20,000 nt of DNA from Pseudogymnoascus verrucosus (GCA_001662655.1 KV460277.1); one strand, 5' to 3'. Counted from the stretch's first letter, positions 1 through 10,833 are shown. Notes: generated from the sequence alone by a model not told the origin. Program-made: numbers and translations.

Positions 1-498
1 ATATAGCCAGATTTGACTGTATTATCACGCCCCTCCCTATGGACTAACTATCCCTTGTCCCCTCCCTATCAGGGGACAAAACACATCATATAATACCGCT
101 GCTACCGTGGCCCATTCGTCCGATTCATATACCCGACCCGATAACAGCGCCGAACATGAATAATACGAGGAAGCTGAGCCAACCCGCCTCCCGGGGGTCC
201 ATAACCCCATCCCATCCCAAACACCCTTAAAACTCCCTCCCAAAACACCCGAAAATAAAGAATAATATATGACGATAAATAGACCGTTAGATGATGAGGT
301 ATAGCATATTGGCGCCGCGCTGAATAAAAACTGGACAGATAGATGTGTGGTGATAGTCGGAGTGATGGTGATGTGGTGATGACAAACGCCGCGGTAAATG
401 TTGATGATAGAATGGATGGATAGAAGATCTGACATAGCCGTGGGGTATTAAGCGTTAAAAGCAATGAAAGCGTATAAACAACGCGCCGATGATCCCAG

Positions 499-2361
499 TT
501 AGAACGTGAAATTCACATTCCCCAGCGACGCAATTATCTTATCCTCCTCCGTCTCGGCCCCCGAGCTGGTCGCCTGACTGCTCCCCGTAGGCGTCGGCGT
601 GATGCCATGCCCGTTCTCTTGATCATGCGTATGCACACCCGCCAGCATCGTGGTCGAATCTTCAACCTGGCGCCGTCGCGCCTCCGTGCGATCCGCCAGA
701 CTCACGCCGCTAGCCTGCCCGACCTCGTTCTCCTGGATGTCCTGGAAGCTCCAGCTGGGTTGGAAGGAAGTGGAGTGCCAAGCGTGGTCGACGCGTTCGT
801 AGAGCTCGTCGATCTGCTCGAGTGAGATCTTGGAGGTCTCGAAGACGAGGAACCAGACGAAGAAGAAGGCTGCGACGCAGAAGGTGCCCCAGACGAAGAA
901 GACTTTGGCGCCGAGATCGGCGTAGCCGGGGCCGTTGTTAACTAGGTAGGGTGTTGCGTAGGCAATGGCCCAGTTGAAGAGCCAGTTGGTGGCAGTGGAG
1001 ATTGACATGGACTTTGCGCGGACTTTGAGGGGGTAGATCTCTGAGGTAACAACCCAGACGACGGGGCCCCAGGACATGGCGAAGAAGGCGATATATACGC
1101 AAACGAAGGCGATCATTACTTTATTCCAGACTTGGCCGTCAGGCTGGGCGCCAAACGCGGTGCCGACTATGGCGACGATAAGCTGAGACGAAGCCATTCC
1201 GACAGCACCGACCAGGAGAAGGCGGCGTCGGCCCCAAGCCTCGACGAGGAACATGCCGGGGACGGTACAGGCGACGTTCACGACGTTCGTCACGAGGCCG
1301 TACGTGAATGGCGACTCGATCCCGGCATGTTTGAAAAATGTAGTACCGTAGTAGAACACAAAATTGCAGCCACTCAGCTGTTGGAGCATTTGTAGGCCAC
1401 AGCCGGTCATGAGCCTGAATCCGAGGTGAGGCGCGCCGCGGAATACATCTCGATAGGTGGAGGGCCCAAGAGAGAGTTCATAGGCATGGTTAGCTTCAAT
1501 CTCTGCTATTTCCTCGATTAAGGCTGGATGAGTAATATCAAGACGCCGGATTCGAGAGAGCGACGCTGCAGCTGCCGCGTGCATCTCCCGTTTGATAAGA
1601 TATCGAGGGGTCTCAGGGAGAATAATCAGCCCGATAAAGAGGATACCGGCCCACACGAACTGTATGGCAACAGGTATCCGAAAGCAGTTGGCGGAATCTA
1701 GATTTGAGGTGAGGTAATTAACGACTGCGGCGATGAAGAGGCCGACTGTAATAGCGAGCTGGTAGCAACAAACCAAGGCTCCACGGATCCATTTTGGTGC
1801 CATCTCGGATTGATACAACGGGACAAGCACGGATATCGTTCCGACGCCCATGCCAGCAAAGAATCTAGGAAGTGTTAACTTTGATAAGGGAGGAGAGCTA
1901 TATCCGGTGCATACCTTCCAGCGGCAAAGATGCGAATCGTGTTTGAGGCCGTCTGCATCGCGACACCAAATGTGAAGACCAGTACTGCCAACATGAGAGA
2001 TTTCCGACGCCCTATCCTATCTCCAATCGGGGCGGCGAGTAGGGCCCCGAAGAACGTCCCCGCGCTGAGTATCGACACAATTTCGGACGACTGTGTCGGC
2101 GTTATAGAAAGATGGCCTTCGTCGTCCCTACTGCCTGTTGAGAAGTGGTCGAGCCACCATCGCATCGCAATGATGCCGCTGATCGTGCTACAAGTCCCAA
2201 CGTCAGTCCATGTGCCATGTGCCAGTCTCGCGCACAGCTTACCCAGTATCGTATCCAAACAGAATGCCTCCAAACGCGACGAAGGCTCCAATCATGATCG
2301 CAGGTGCCGAGGAACCGGCTGCGCTCTCGGGCTTCCGCCATGCTGTCAAGTCGAACACCAT
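499..2361 (-). CDS. rco-3: MFS sugar porter, RCO-3-like glucose transporter/sensor, 585 aa; exons 2361-2243, 2187-1915, 1864-499
   Basis: ATG at 2361 in strong context (gcgacaATGg) gives MVFDLTAWRKPESAAGSSAPAIMIGAFVAFGGILFGYDTG. GT-AG introns 2242-2188 (GTAAGC..TAG) and 1914-1865 (GTATGC..TAG) join in frame. Sugar-porter motifs: GYDTG, DRIGRRK, PLYQSEMAPKWIRG, PETPR, QQLSGCNFVFYYG, GRRRLLL, SEIYPLKVR, ETS. The KPE-x-AGSSAPAIM N-terminus and long C-terminal tail resemble Neurospora RCO-3 (recognised from memory). Confidence 0.88.
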
Positions 2362-2444
2362 TGTCGCGGCGATGCGCCGTCGGAACGGCTGGTCGTGTGT
2401 ATCGCGCAAAGCGTAGCCAGTGTCAATTTTTCCCCTCCTCCAAC

Positions 2445-2537
2445 CTATTGGCCGTTGCTGGAAGCAGTATCGATCGAAACAAGCGGCGTCGTCGAATTCG
2501 AGGGCATCAGATTCGACTTCGCGACGAAGGGTCTCAT
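2445..2537 (-). promoter_or_regulatory. Candidate 30-codon upstream ORF in the rco-3 5' leader
   Basis: ATG 2537 (second in-frame ATG 2507) to TAG 2447-2445 encodes MRPFVAKSNLMPSNSTTPLVSIDTASSNGQ. It is out of frame with the main ATG and ends 83 nt before it. It is a uORF only if transcription starts upstream of 2537; a pyrimidine-rich tract on the minus strand at ~2780-2795 is consistent with that. Confidence 0.45.
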
Positions 2538-4394
2538 TGAGCTGAGTGTGGGAAGGCGAAGGGTTCTCTCTTCGCGCAGGGTGCTCGGGGTCGCTGTATT
2601 GTAGTCTCTGGTAGAGGGTCCGAAGATGGCGGACCGAGGCTTATAGTTGGGATTCCCAGAGATAATGTCGTAGGTGGGGATTGCCTGAATTGCTTCGAAT
2701 GGGGCGACGAGAAGGTGGGTTGAAGTGGTTGAAGTACAACTGCGGGTCTATGGGAATACGGTCGAGACGCCTATTTGGCGGGGAAGGAAAGGAGGCGGGT
2801 TAGCGGATCGTAGGTGTCAGGAACATGCCAGACAGGGTCCAGATGGCCGTTAATTTAGTGGAATGTGGCGAGCGAACCGGCACACGGCAAAAAATGATAG
2901 GGCGTTATATTAGAGAACATCACAGTAGTACTGCAGTTCTACCACAATTACCATAATACCATCATCCCCATACTATTTCATACCATAACAACCCTTGAAC
3001 TCGTCGTTAAAGACTCTCCTCTACACACCCTGCATCACTCACTAACTCTGTTTACTCTATGCTATGTGCGGTGATTTCATTTCCACCGTTTCACTGTACA
3101 GAAACTACTTAACTTATCCCGTGCGTGCCGGACGCCTTTGTGTTGCACATTCCATGGCAGAAAGTCTGAACACTATGGTTGGCTCCCTTGCCTTTCTCCT
3201 CACCACTTGGCGTTTCTGGGGTCTCTACCACTCTCCCATCCCCGTCCAAGTCTGACAAGTCTCTCCCAATCCCCAGGCACTCGTGTCACGTCGCGCGGAA
3301 TGAAGTACTAACAGGTGATAGAGCAGCCTCGATTCACATTCAGGACTGGAGGCTCATCCTGATGATCAGTCACTTCTGACCCATCCTTTCTGCCAAAAAC
3401 AACGGCCCCTAGTGTCGTGAATGCGGCAAGGAAGAAATGGGGATTTTCTGGGGCTACTGCCAGACCAGCGCGCGGCACAGTAGGGTTGCTTATTCCAAGG
3501 ATGCAGCGGCACGGAACAGAGGCTGTCACCCCTACCTCCATTCCGGCGCATGTGCTACGCTACACTGAAATGCTCCGCACACACATGCGAATAATATGCC
3601 ATGAAATGTTGGATCCTCATCTTCCTTGGCCCCTTTCCCATCACAAGCAAGCCTGTTGTGTCCGAGCCAACGTGGAGTATATCTCCTCTCTGCGCACTGT
3701 CATCCCCAGCATAACCATATTGCCAATATTGAGCTATCTCTGGAATCTCACCAACCTACGTCCCCAAACAGAGTCCCCTACCCACCAACATCCCCAGACT
3801 TGGTCAAGCCAAGCAAGTCATCCAATCCTGCCCATGCGAGCAAAATGATCGACCACCACTTCTTTCCGGCTCCACTTTCCTGCTTTTGGACCCTGATGAG
3901 CGACTTGACACACTCCAGTTCCTCAGATCACATGACTGATATCTCAATTCCTTTGTCTCTTCTTGTCTCTCATCCTATCTCTATGCTGGAGCAGCAAGGG
4001 ATAATGGGTTATTATGCGCCGCTTATTATTATTGCAAAGCCGCGCTCGCAGGATATCTTTCTATGGTTTCCACAACGGTCACTTCGTGATCTCAAAAGCA
4101 TATGGCCAAAGCCTGAGGCAAATGAGAATAGCTATTTTTATTCCGCATGGACAATCTCTCAGGTTCAATTGTTCGCTTCTTGCTCTGCCTGCCGGTTGCA
4201 AAGAGATTTCCTCTCTTTGTCCTTGGATATGTCTTTATTGTTCAACTGCCGCATGCGGCTACGCGTAGGAGATCTCATATTTTACTTGATGGCAGTCATG
4301 GCCATGCGTTACATTCGTTCTGCCATCTTCGTTTTGTTCATACATTTACAAAACTCGAATTTCAAACTTATTCTCCCTGACGACGGCCCTCGCC

Positions 4395-6753
4395 ATGGCT
4401 TCTTACCAAGATATAAATAATTATATGGTCAACTCGCGTAACCAGAATGCAGTAAATCATGTACTTGCGTATATGGAACGTACGGCCCTTGAAAACGTCG
4501 ACGCCTCAATTTTTGACAGATTGGCAAACCTTCCATGTGGACCCCCCTTTAGAGAGTCTGTTCTCGATCGAGCCTTGGGCTTCTTGCGTGTCCAGTATGA
4601 TGAAGAGAGCGATTCCCCGTGGGCTGTCGCACTAAACCCCTGGGAATGCCGACTGCTAAATTATACAACTGGATCATCGTTTACCAAAGTCTTCTGCACC
4701 AAGCTCTACATCCCGTTCGATGGGTGTTATGACAATACTCGAAATGTTGGGCGACTAGACAACTTCCTTACCACCTTCAGCGGCCTCGCAGCTCGAGTGG
4801 CAAGCGGTCGGGCGGACAGGGGGGCGATTAACCCGTGGCATATCAAGGAACTGGTATTTTATCAGGATCCTCTATTCTCCAGTGCGGATGTTGGATCAGT
4901 TCGTGACCTTTCACGAGCTAAATCTATCCGGCACTTCCTGAAACGCCTCGACGAGGATCAGAAGGGGGGATTGTTGCCGACGGTGACTCCAAAAAGGGTC
5001 AAGGCCTATGCGAAGATTTGCACCGAAGGTCACCTGGAAGAAATGGATCTGCTCTTTAGATATGATCCCAACAAAGTCTGTTTGATGTGGCTCAGAATTA
5101 TCGAATTGTTCAGATTTGTGCCAAACCTCGAGGTGTTCAAGTAGGTTAATAGCAAGTCGACAATGGTTTCCCGCATGCTGACAAGCTCACAGGTGGCAAT
5201 CTAATGCCCGAATCGTGGAACCCTTCCTTAATGCCATTTCCCACTATTGCAAGAAGCTTAAGGTCCTGGACCTTGAACTCCACAATGGGTTTGATGACAA
5301 CTCGTATATGCTTAATGCATGGAATAGGTTCTATACGAGCAAGACTACCGGCAGATTGTACCAATCACACCAGATATTAGAGGAGGAGCCGACGAAACAC
5401 ATATGTGAATATATCGCGAGAGATCCAAAGGATAGGGCGCCAGAAGAACTCCCTACGCAGTGTCACATCAATCTCAAACTTATTATCAAGATGGAGCGTG
5501 ATGTACAATCTATCATTGAGACGGTCGGGAAATTTACCCGGCATGTCCAATCGTTGTACATCGACCGTTCCAAATCCCATGTGTTTCTGGACGACAACAG
5601 AAAGAGAGAGCATGGACGGCCGTATGAGAAATCCTGGTTCCACCTACCAGTCAGTTATCCATCATCCCCAGTTCATATCCACTTCTAACATGATGAGAAT
5701 CTCAGTTTGGCGTTACAAGCCTGACCCTTATAGCCACTGACGCAACCATACACAACTGCGTCATGGGAGCCATAATACCAGCTTCGATTGAGAGTCTTGA
5801 AATCAAAGATTGCCAGTCCCTCGATGGCGTCTACCTCCCAATCCTTACCGGTCTAAACCGGCTTCGGAAATTTAAAATCTCCTTCCCGCCGCTCGACGAG
5901 GCCAAGGAGCGCGCCTACCGGTACTGGCGGCACTACGTGTTCCAGAAGCAGGTAGCTCTCGATTTCCTCCGCTGCGACACAATCGAGCTGGATGAACTGG
6001 ACATCCGCGGCGATTTTGGGGAGCCCACATTGAACCCCGTTGAGTTCTCGGGCCTGTCAACTGACCTCTTCTTCGCTGTCGAGGCTCAGGCCGAATCTCT
6101 TGTGCGGCTTCGGGTCGTCAATAACAATATTGACTTCACGCTGGCGGAGATTGGGAGTATTTTAGTCCAGGCGAAGAACCTCACGCAACTGGGCCTCACC
6201 TGCCGCGCATTCGCATACCAAGACCGGCTTGGGCACTGGATCGAGCAGGGTCTAGGAGTGAGTTCTCCCACCACATTCTTCTCGTGACTATCTACTAACC
6301 ACTTTATAGACCCAGAACAACTTCGAAGGCCTCCTCGCCCTCTTCGGACAGAACCGGAACTTTTTTTCCTTCACCATCTTGCGTACCCACTACAACATCC
6401 TCGACGAAGCCGTCTACGACCGCGACGGCGCCGACCGACTCATCACCCCCACACGCAGCCACCTCGACTACGAGGCCATCGTCAAGAAGATGTCCGAGCA
6501 AGGGCTGCCGGTCGAGCACTTCGCCATCTTCGCCGAGGGAAGGGAGAACGCGTATGGCATCTTTCAGACCGAGTGGGACGAGGACGTGTATACGCATCAG
6601 CTGAGGGATGTTTTGCTTCATGGGCAGGGGGTTGTGGAGGGGACGCTTGAGATGTATGACGAGTTTGAGGAGGTTAATGAGAAGTGGATTGAGAAGAGTG
6701 ATGTGGATATGCCGAGGCCGGTGGAGGGGCCGCCGGATCGTAGTCAGATTTGA
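4395..6753 (+). CDS. Hypothetical protein, 732 aa, degenerate F-box-like N-terminus and LRR/RNI-like segments; exons 4395-5140, 5193-5649, 5706-6257, 6310-6753
   Basis: cgccATGg start. Four consecutive ORFs join exactly in frame through introns 5141-5192 (GTAGGT..GCTGAC..CAG), 5650-5705 (GTCAGT..CTAAC..CAG) and 6258-6309 (GTGAGT..CTAAC..TAG). LRR-like segments: PNLEVFKWQS, KKLKVLDLEL, SIESLEIKDC, NRLRKFKISF, ELDELDIRG, SLVRLRVVN, KNLTQLGLTC. Confidence 0.8.
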
Positions 6754-7795
6754 ATGGGAGGAGCTTTGATTTGGGGGTGTTTGGTGGTTGTTATAGGGGT
6801 ATTTATATGGAATCTGCTATGTATGCTATGTTAGATAACTTATTGATCTTTTCTAGTATTAGACACTGTATTGGCGTATAGAATTCCTGTGAACGCAACC
6901 CCCGTAGTGATAGAACCTGCATCTCATAGGGTAGCAATATTTTACCGTATCTCATGGGCTGTAATATTTCTACAGCGGCTTTCCCAGTTAATGCCGGTCT
7001 AAGCGTTAATTAAGCTTCCTGGCCATCCCAGAGTCTCAGGTAGCGCCTTTCAACCAGCCAGTCACTATAATATTGAATCGGGGTGAGGAGTCATATTCTC
7101 TTTGTTGCAGGCATGAATCCTTCGTACTTCTACCCGTCAAGATCACCATCATAAGATATTCAGCATACATCAAGCTTTGAAGTAGCGGAATGTTAAAAGA
7201 GAGATCAAGAGCTTTTATTTTGTTTGTAGATGCTGTAAATACTCGAAGTGAGACTATCTGTATAGTACATACCCACATATGTATGTACCTAAGTACCACG
7301 ATCTGCGGGTGACGGACCGACGCCGACTCGACACGTGATTGGTTGACCCCTCAAAGTACCGGCGCTACCTGAACACAAGACGCCCTATCCTGATTGGCTG
7401 CATGCATGTCACCACATTCCGGGCGCTTACAGCTCTCCCCAAACCGCCAGAACTGTGAATACCCGTGCCAGCACACTTCGATCCTCGCCCTCCATTGGCC
7501 CTCTCCTCTTGCACCCTTCGTGAAAGATGGAAGCGCCTTCTCTGCGGCCTATAAGCCAGGCCAGTCGCCCCCATCTTCCTCTTTCTTCCATGTGTGCGCA
7601 ATCGTTCATCATTCTTGTCGTCGATATCAACCATCGAGCTGCTGCCGTACATTCCCACAGCGGCGTCTGATGAGTCTTCATCAGCGAGGGGCATACTAAG
7701 GTCGCAAAAAGAATCACAACACTGCGTCCGTAGGCGCGACAGCCTGGATTCGCCGGTCGCTATCCTGATTCTCTTTCACGCTCGCTCTCGCTATA

Positions 7796-8694
7796 ATGTT
7801 CATCTCGAAGAAATGGAGGTACTTTTGGGTTATGATAGGGCTCATGGTGGCTGAGTTGGCAGGGACAGTTGCTACCCTCACACTATTCGGTATCGCGAGT
7901 CCAGACGCCTATCGTACCCAGCTATGGAAGCTCGGCGGCGAGCTGGGCTTCAATTCGAGTCCGGAACAGATCTTGTACGCATACGCAAACTATCGGCCGA
8001 TACCACCGACACCGCTGGTTTGGTCTGGTTTGTGAGTGTGGACTGCCTGCTGCATGTGAACCCAAATGCTGACTGCCTTCCCAGCATCACCAACTACAAC
8101 ATTGTCGTATCTGTTTTGTCGATGTTCATTTTGCTTGTCAAGGTCGTCCTATTTATCATGCACATGTGGGTCCCGATTGTCAGCGTAATAATCGACGCCA
8201 TTGTCATTGCCCTCTGGAGCTTCAGCGCATATGGCCAGGCTGGTCCTGACCATTCCGACCCAGCGCACCCGAGCTCGGTTGCGTGGTATATCGCCAAAAG
8301 CTGCAGTGTCGCTGAGGCATCCGGAAACAAGCACAACTGCGAGATGGCAAAGGGAGCATTTGCGTCTACCATCTTCATGATGTATGTATTCCCCGCCTAG
8401 CCTGACGTTTTCCACAACTGACAATTCTTCAGTGGTATTTTCACATTTAACCTCGGACTGGGCATTTGGTCTTTGTTCCCAACAGAGGAGATGAAGGAGG
8501 CGAGGAAGGCTAAGAAGGCGAGGAAGGAGGAAGAGCAATCATCGCCGTATTCCGAGGATGCGGGAGAGAAGCTGTGGGAGTTAAGGAACATCCAACAACC
8601 TACACCGGCCTTTTCGCCTTATACCCCGCGGACGTTGGCGTTCAACACATTAGACCGCCAATTGCCGCTGCGGGAGAAGGAACAGTACGCGTAG
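7796..8694 (+). CDS. Fungal integral membrane protein, ~4 TM, MARVEL-like, 264 aa; exons 7796-8031, 8085-8381, 8433-8694
   Basis: Introns 8032-8084 (GTGAGT..GCTGAC..CAG) and 8382-8432 (GTATGT..CTGAC..CAG) join three ORFs in frame. Four hydrophobic helices, a luminal GQAGPDHSDPAHPSSVAWYIAKSC...C loop, and a C-terminal PYTPRTLAFNTLDRQLPLR tail. The MARVEL assignment rests on topology only. Confidence 0.8.
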
Positions 8695-9239
8695 ATACTG
8701 TGAAACCCAGGATGACGATGACGATGGGTTGAAAGGGCCATTCCCGGGCCCTGAGTAACTATTACCTTTTTGTGGCTACTTACGTTATGAAGTGGCGGAA
8801 AGCGAGAAGAGTGGTGATCAAGGGACTTTACTTAATTCAAAACCTACTACGAATACACAAAGTGATAATAATAGGCTCCAGACCATACCAGCAGGGACAA
8901 TGATGATGCGAGCAGCGTGTGATTCTGAAAGATCTTACGATTAGGGATATCCGCATTCCACGTATCCATCCCGCATTCCCATTTCCTTGTTTGCCAACTC
9001 CCTGTCCCCCATCACACCCGTCCCCCGTCCCCCCAAGTCCTCCAACAAACAAAAACAAATCTCTTGTTCCCATGCCCACCCCCCGTACTACCGCCCTCAA
9101 AAACTGTCCGTCGCCCTGCGCTTTGTCCGACTCCCAAAATCAAATCTCCCCGGAAAACTTGGAAAAGTATCTCACCCCTTACATATCTCCCCCAGCCCAC
9201 CACCACTACGAAGAGAAACGGAAAGAAGGAAAAGGCATC

Positions 9240-10460
9240 ATGAACTTCTTCACACTCTTCTACGCTCCTGCTGCTTTGGCTTCCACTGCAAATCGCTGTA
9301 GACATTGTAACGAGGTTCACAGTGCGCCGCAGACGCAGGGAGAGCAGCCGTTTTGGCAGAGTTACGAAGACATCTTCGATACGGAGACGTTTGCAGTTCC
9401 TGTGGTTCGAGGCTTTCGATACGTTCAGCAACCACTCCAACAACCAGTCTACCACACCCATCACCCAGTCCAACAACCCCTCCACCACCAACCCCCCCTC
9501 AACCATCAACCTCCCCCCCAGCAGCCCCCCCAACAACCCATCCACCCAACAATGCCCTCCTTCTCCTCACACCCCCACACAGCCCTCTACACCCTCCTCA
9601 CCCTCCCCCCCACCGCCCCCGCCTCCTCAATAAAAACCTCCTACCACCGCCTCGCTCTCCTCACCCACCCGGACAAAAACCCCGACCCTAAGGCCGCGGA
9701 ACGTTTCAAGGCGCTTAGTGCAGCGTATGCGATCCTTTCAGACCCATACAGGAGGGCGATTTATGATTTGTATGGAGAGGTGGCGGCGGGGAGGGGGGAG
9801 GTTGTTGATGATGGGGAGAAGGAAGAAGAAGAGGAGGAGGAGGAGGATGCTGCGGCTTCTGAGGCTGATGATGTTGGTGATGCTGGGGAGAAAGACGGGG
9901 ATGGGGATTTGCCCAGTGGTGAAGGGGGAAGGACTACCGTCGACAACCCCCATCATACCCCATCCCAGGCTCGCGCACTCTTCGAAGAGCCAGAGCAGAA
10001 GTCATACGAGGAGCGCTTTTTCGAAGCTCTACGAGCGGTCCGTCAGCGCGAGGCACAGGAGGAAGCAAGACGTGTTGCGGGACGGAGGTTATACGATCGC
10101 TTCTGGCGAGGCGTGCGAGGCCGCGGTGTGTGGAATTGGCCGACAAGACCCGTGGAACCGATGGATGATATATGGAGGGCGACGGATCCGATGAGTGGGT
10201 GGAGGCCAGCGGGTGCCGTGGGGGGGCCGATGGAGGGGTATCGTGGGGGGTTGTGGGGGTATGGTGCTGGGATTGTGGGGGGCGATGAGGGGCTGAGGGA
10301 GAGGTTTCGACGATCGCGTACGGGGGCGGAGGGGAGTCCGTATTGGGGGTGGGAAAGGGGGGAGGGTGGTGGGAGGGTTAGGAGTTGGAGTGAGGGGAGA
10401 GGTGGGGGGGTTGAGCGGGTTGTGAGGGGGGGGTATGGAGGGTGGTATGGGAGGTATTGA
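9240..10460 (+). CDS. DnaJ/Hsp40 J-domain protein (class C-like), 406 aa from ATG 9240 or 302 aa from ATG 9552
   Basis: J-domain LYTLLTLPPTAPASSIKTSYHRLALLTHPDKNPDPKAAERFKALSAAYAILSDPYRRAIYDLYG with intact HPD (9666-9674), followed by a poly-Glu tract and a G/R/W/Y-rich tail. Single uninterrupted frame. The start is ambiguous. Confidence 0.8.
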   Translation: MNFFTLFYAPAALASTANRCRHCNEVHSAPQTQGEQPFWQSYEDIFDTETFAVPVVRGFRYVQQPLQQPVYHTHHPVQQPLHHQPPLNHQPPPQQPPQQPIHPTMPSFSSHPHTALYTLLTLPPTAPASSIKTSYHRLALLTHPDKNPDPKAAERFKALSAAYAILSDPYRRAIYDLYGEVAAGRGEVVDDGEKEEEEEEEEDAAASEADDVGDAGEKDGDGDLPSGEGGRTTVDNPHHTPSQARALFEEPEQKSYEERFFEALRAVRQREAQEEARRVAGRRLYDRFWRGVRGRGVWNWPTRPVEPMDDIWRATDPMSGWRPAGAVGGPMEGYRGGLWGYGAGIVGGDEGLRERFRRSRTGAEGSPYWGWERGEGGGRVRSWSEGRGGGVERVVRGGYGGWYGRY

Positions 10461-10833
10461 GTGGGCGGGGTGTTTTGAAAAAATGTATGATCTTGGGGTT
10501 TGGGAGATGGGGAATAGATAAAAGACCGGCGGAGGTGGGTTTGCTAGAATAGGGGACTTTTTTTTTGGCGCGAGCGTGGGGCAATTTGGTTATTATTTAG
10601 AAGAGCACGTGTATCATGAAACTAGGATATCAGTCGGAATTTTTAATACATAGAAAATGTCCTCTGACGTCTCAAATATGAAGAAGTATATCCCACATGC
10701 CTGACCCAAAACCCAACCCGAACCCCCATAACGCCGCCCAGCTCCATTTATGGAGCCAGTCCCATCCCATCTTATGCCCTTCATACACTCGGCTTCCCAA
10801 TTATATCACACCTCACCTCACCCTATCCCCTCC

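Noticed and set aside
37..464. Two minus-strand ORFs (132 and 120 aa) downstream of rco-3
   Set aside because: Low-complexity 3' UTR/intergenic composition, overlapping frames, no motifs or supporting splice structure.
1930..2604. 224-aa plus-strand ORF
   Set aside because: Antisense shadow of rco-3 exons 1-2 and its GC-rich leader; no recognisable motif.
2771..2806. Possible 5' UTR intron end on the minus strand (GCTAAC, pyrimidine tract, TAG)
   Set aside because: No convincing donor at a typical distance. The tract is equally explained as a CT-rich core promoter element.
6920..6975. Imperfect ~28-nt tandem similarity (atctcat..aatattt) in AT-rich intergenic DNA
   Set aside because: Only two degenerate units. 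No terminal repeats or transposase remnant, so no mobile element can be supported.
8919..9239. N-terminal part of the 513-aa ORF call for the DnaJ gene
   Set aside because: Starts at GTG and runs through C-rich promoter/UTR-like sequence. An in-frame ATG at ~9072 exists, but 9240 and 9552 have better context.
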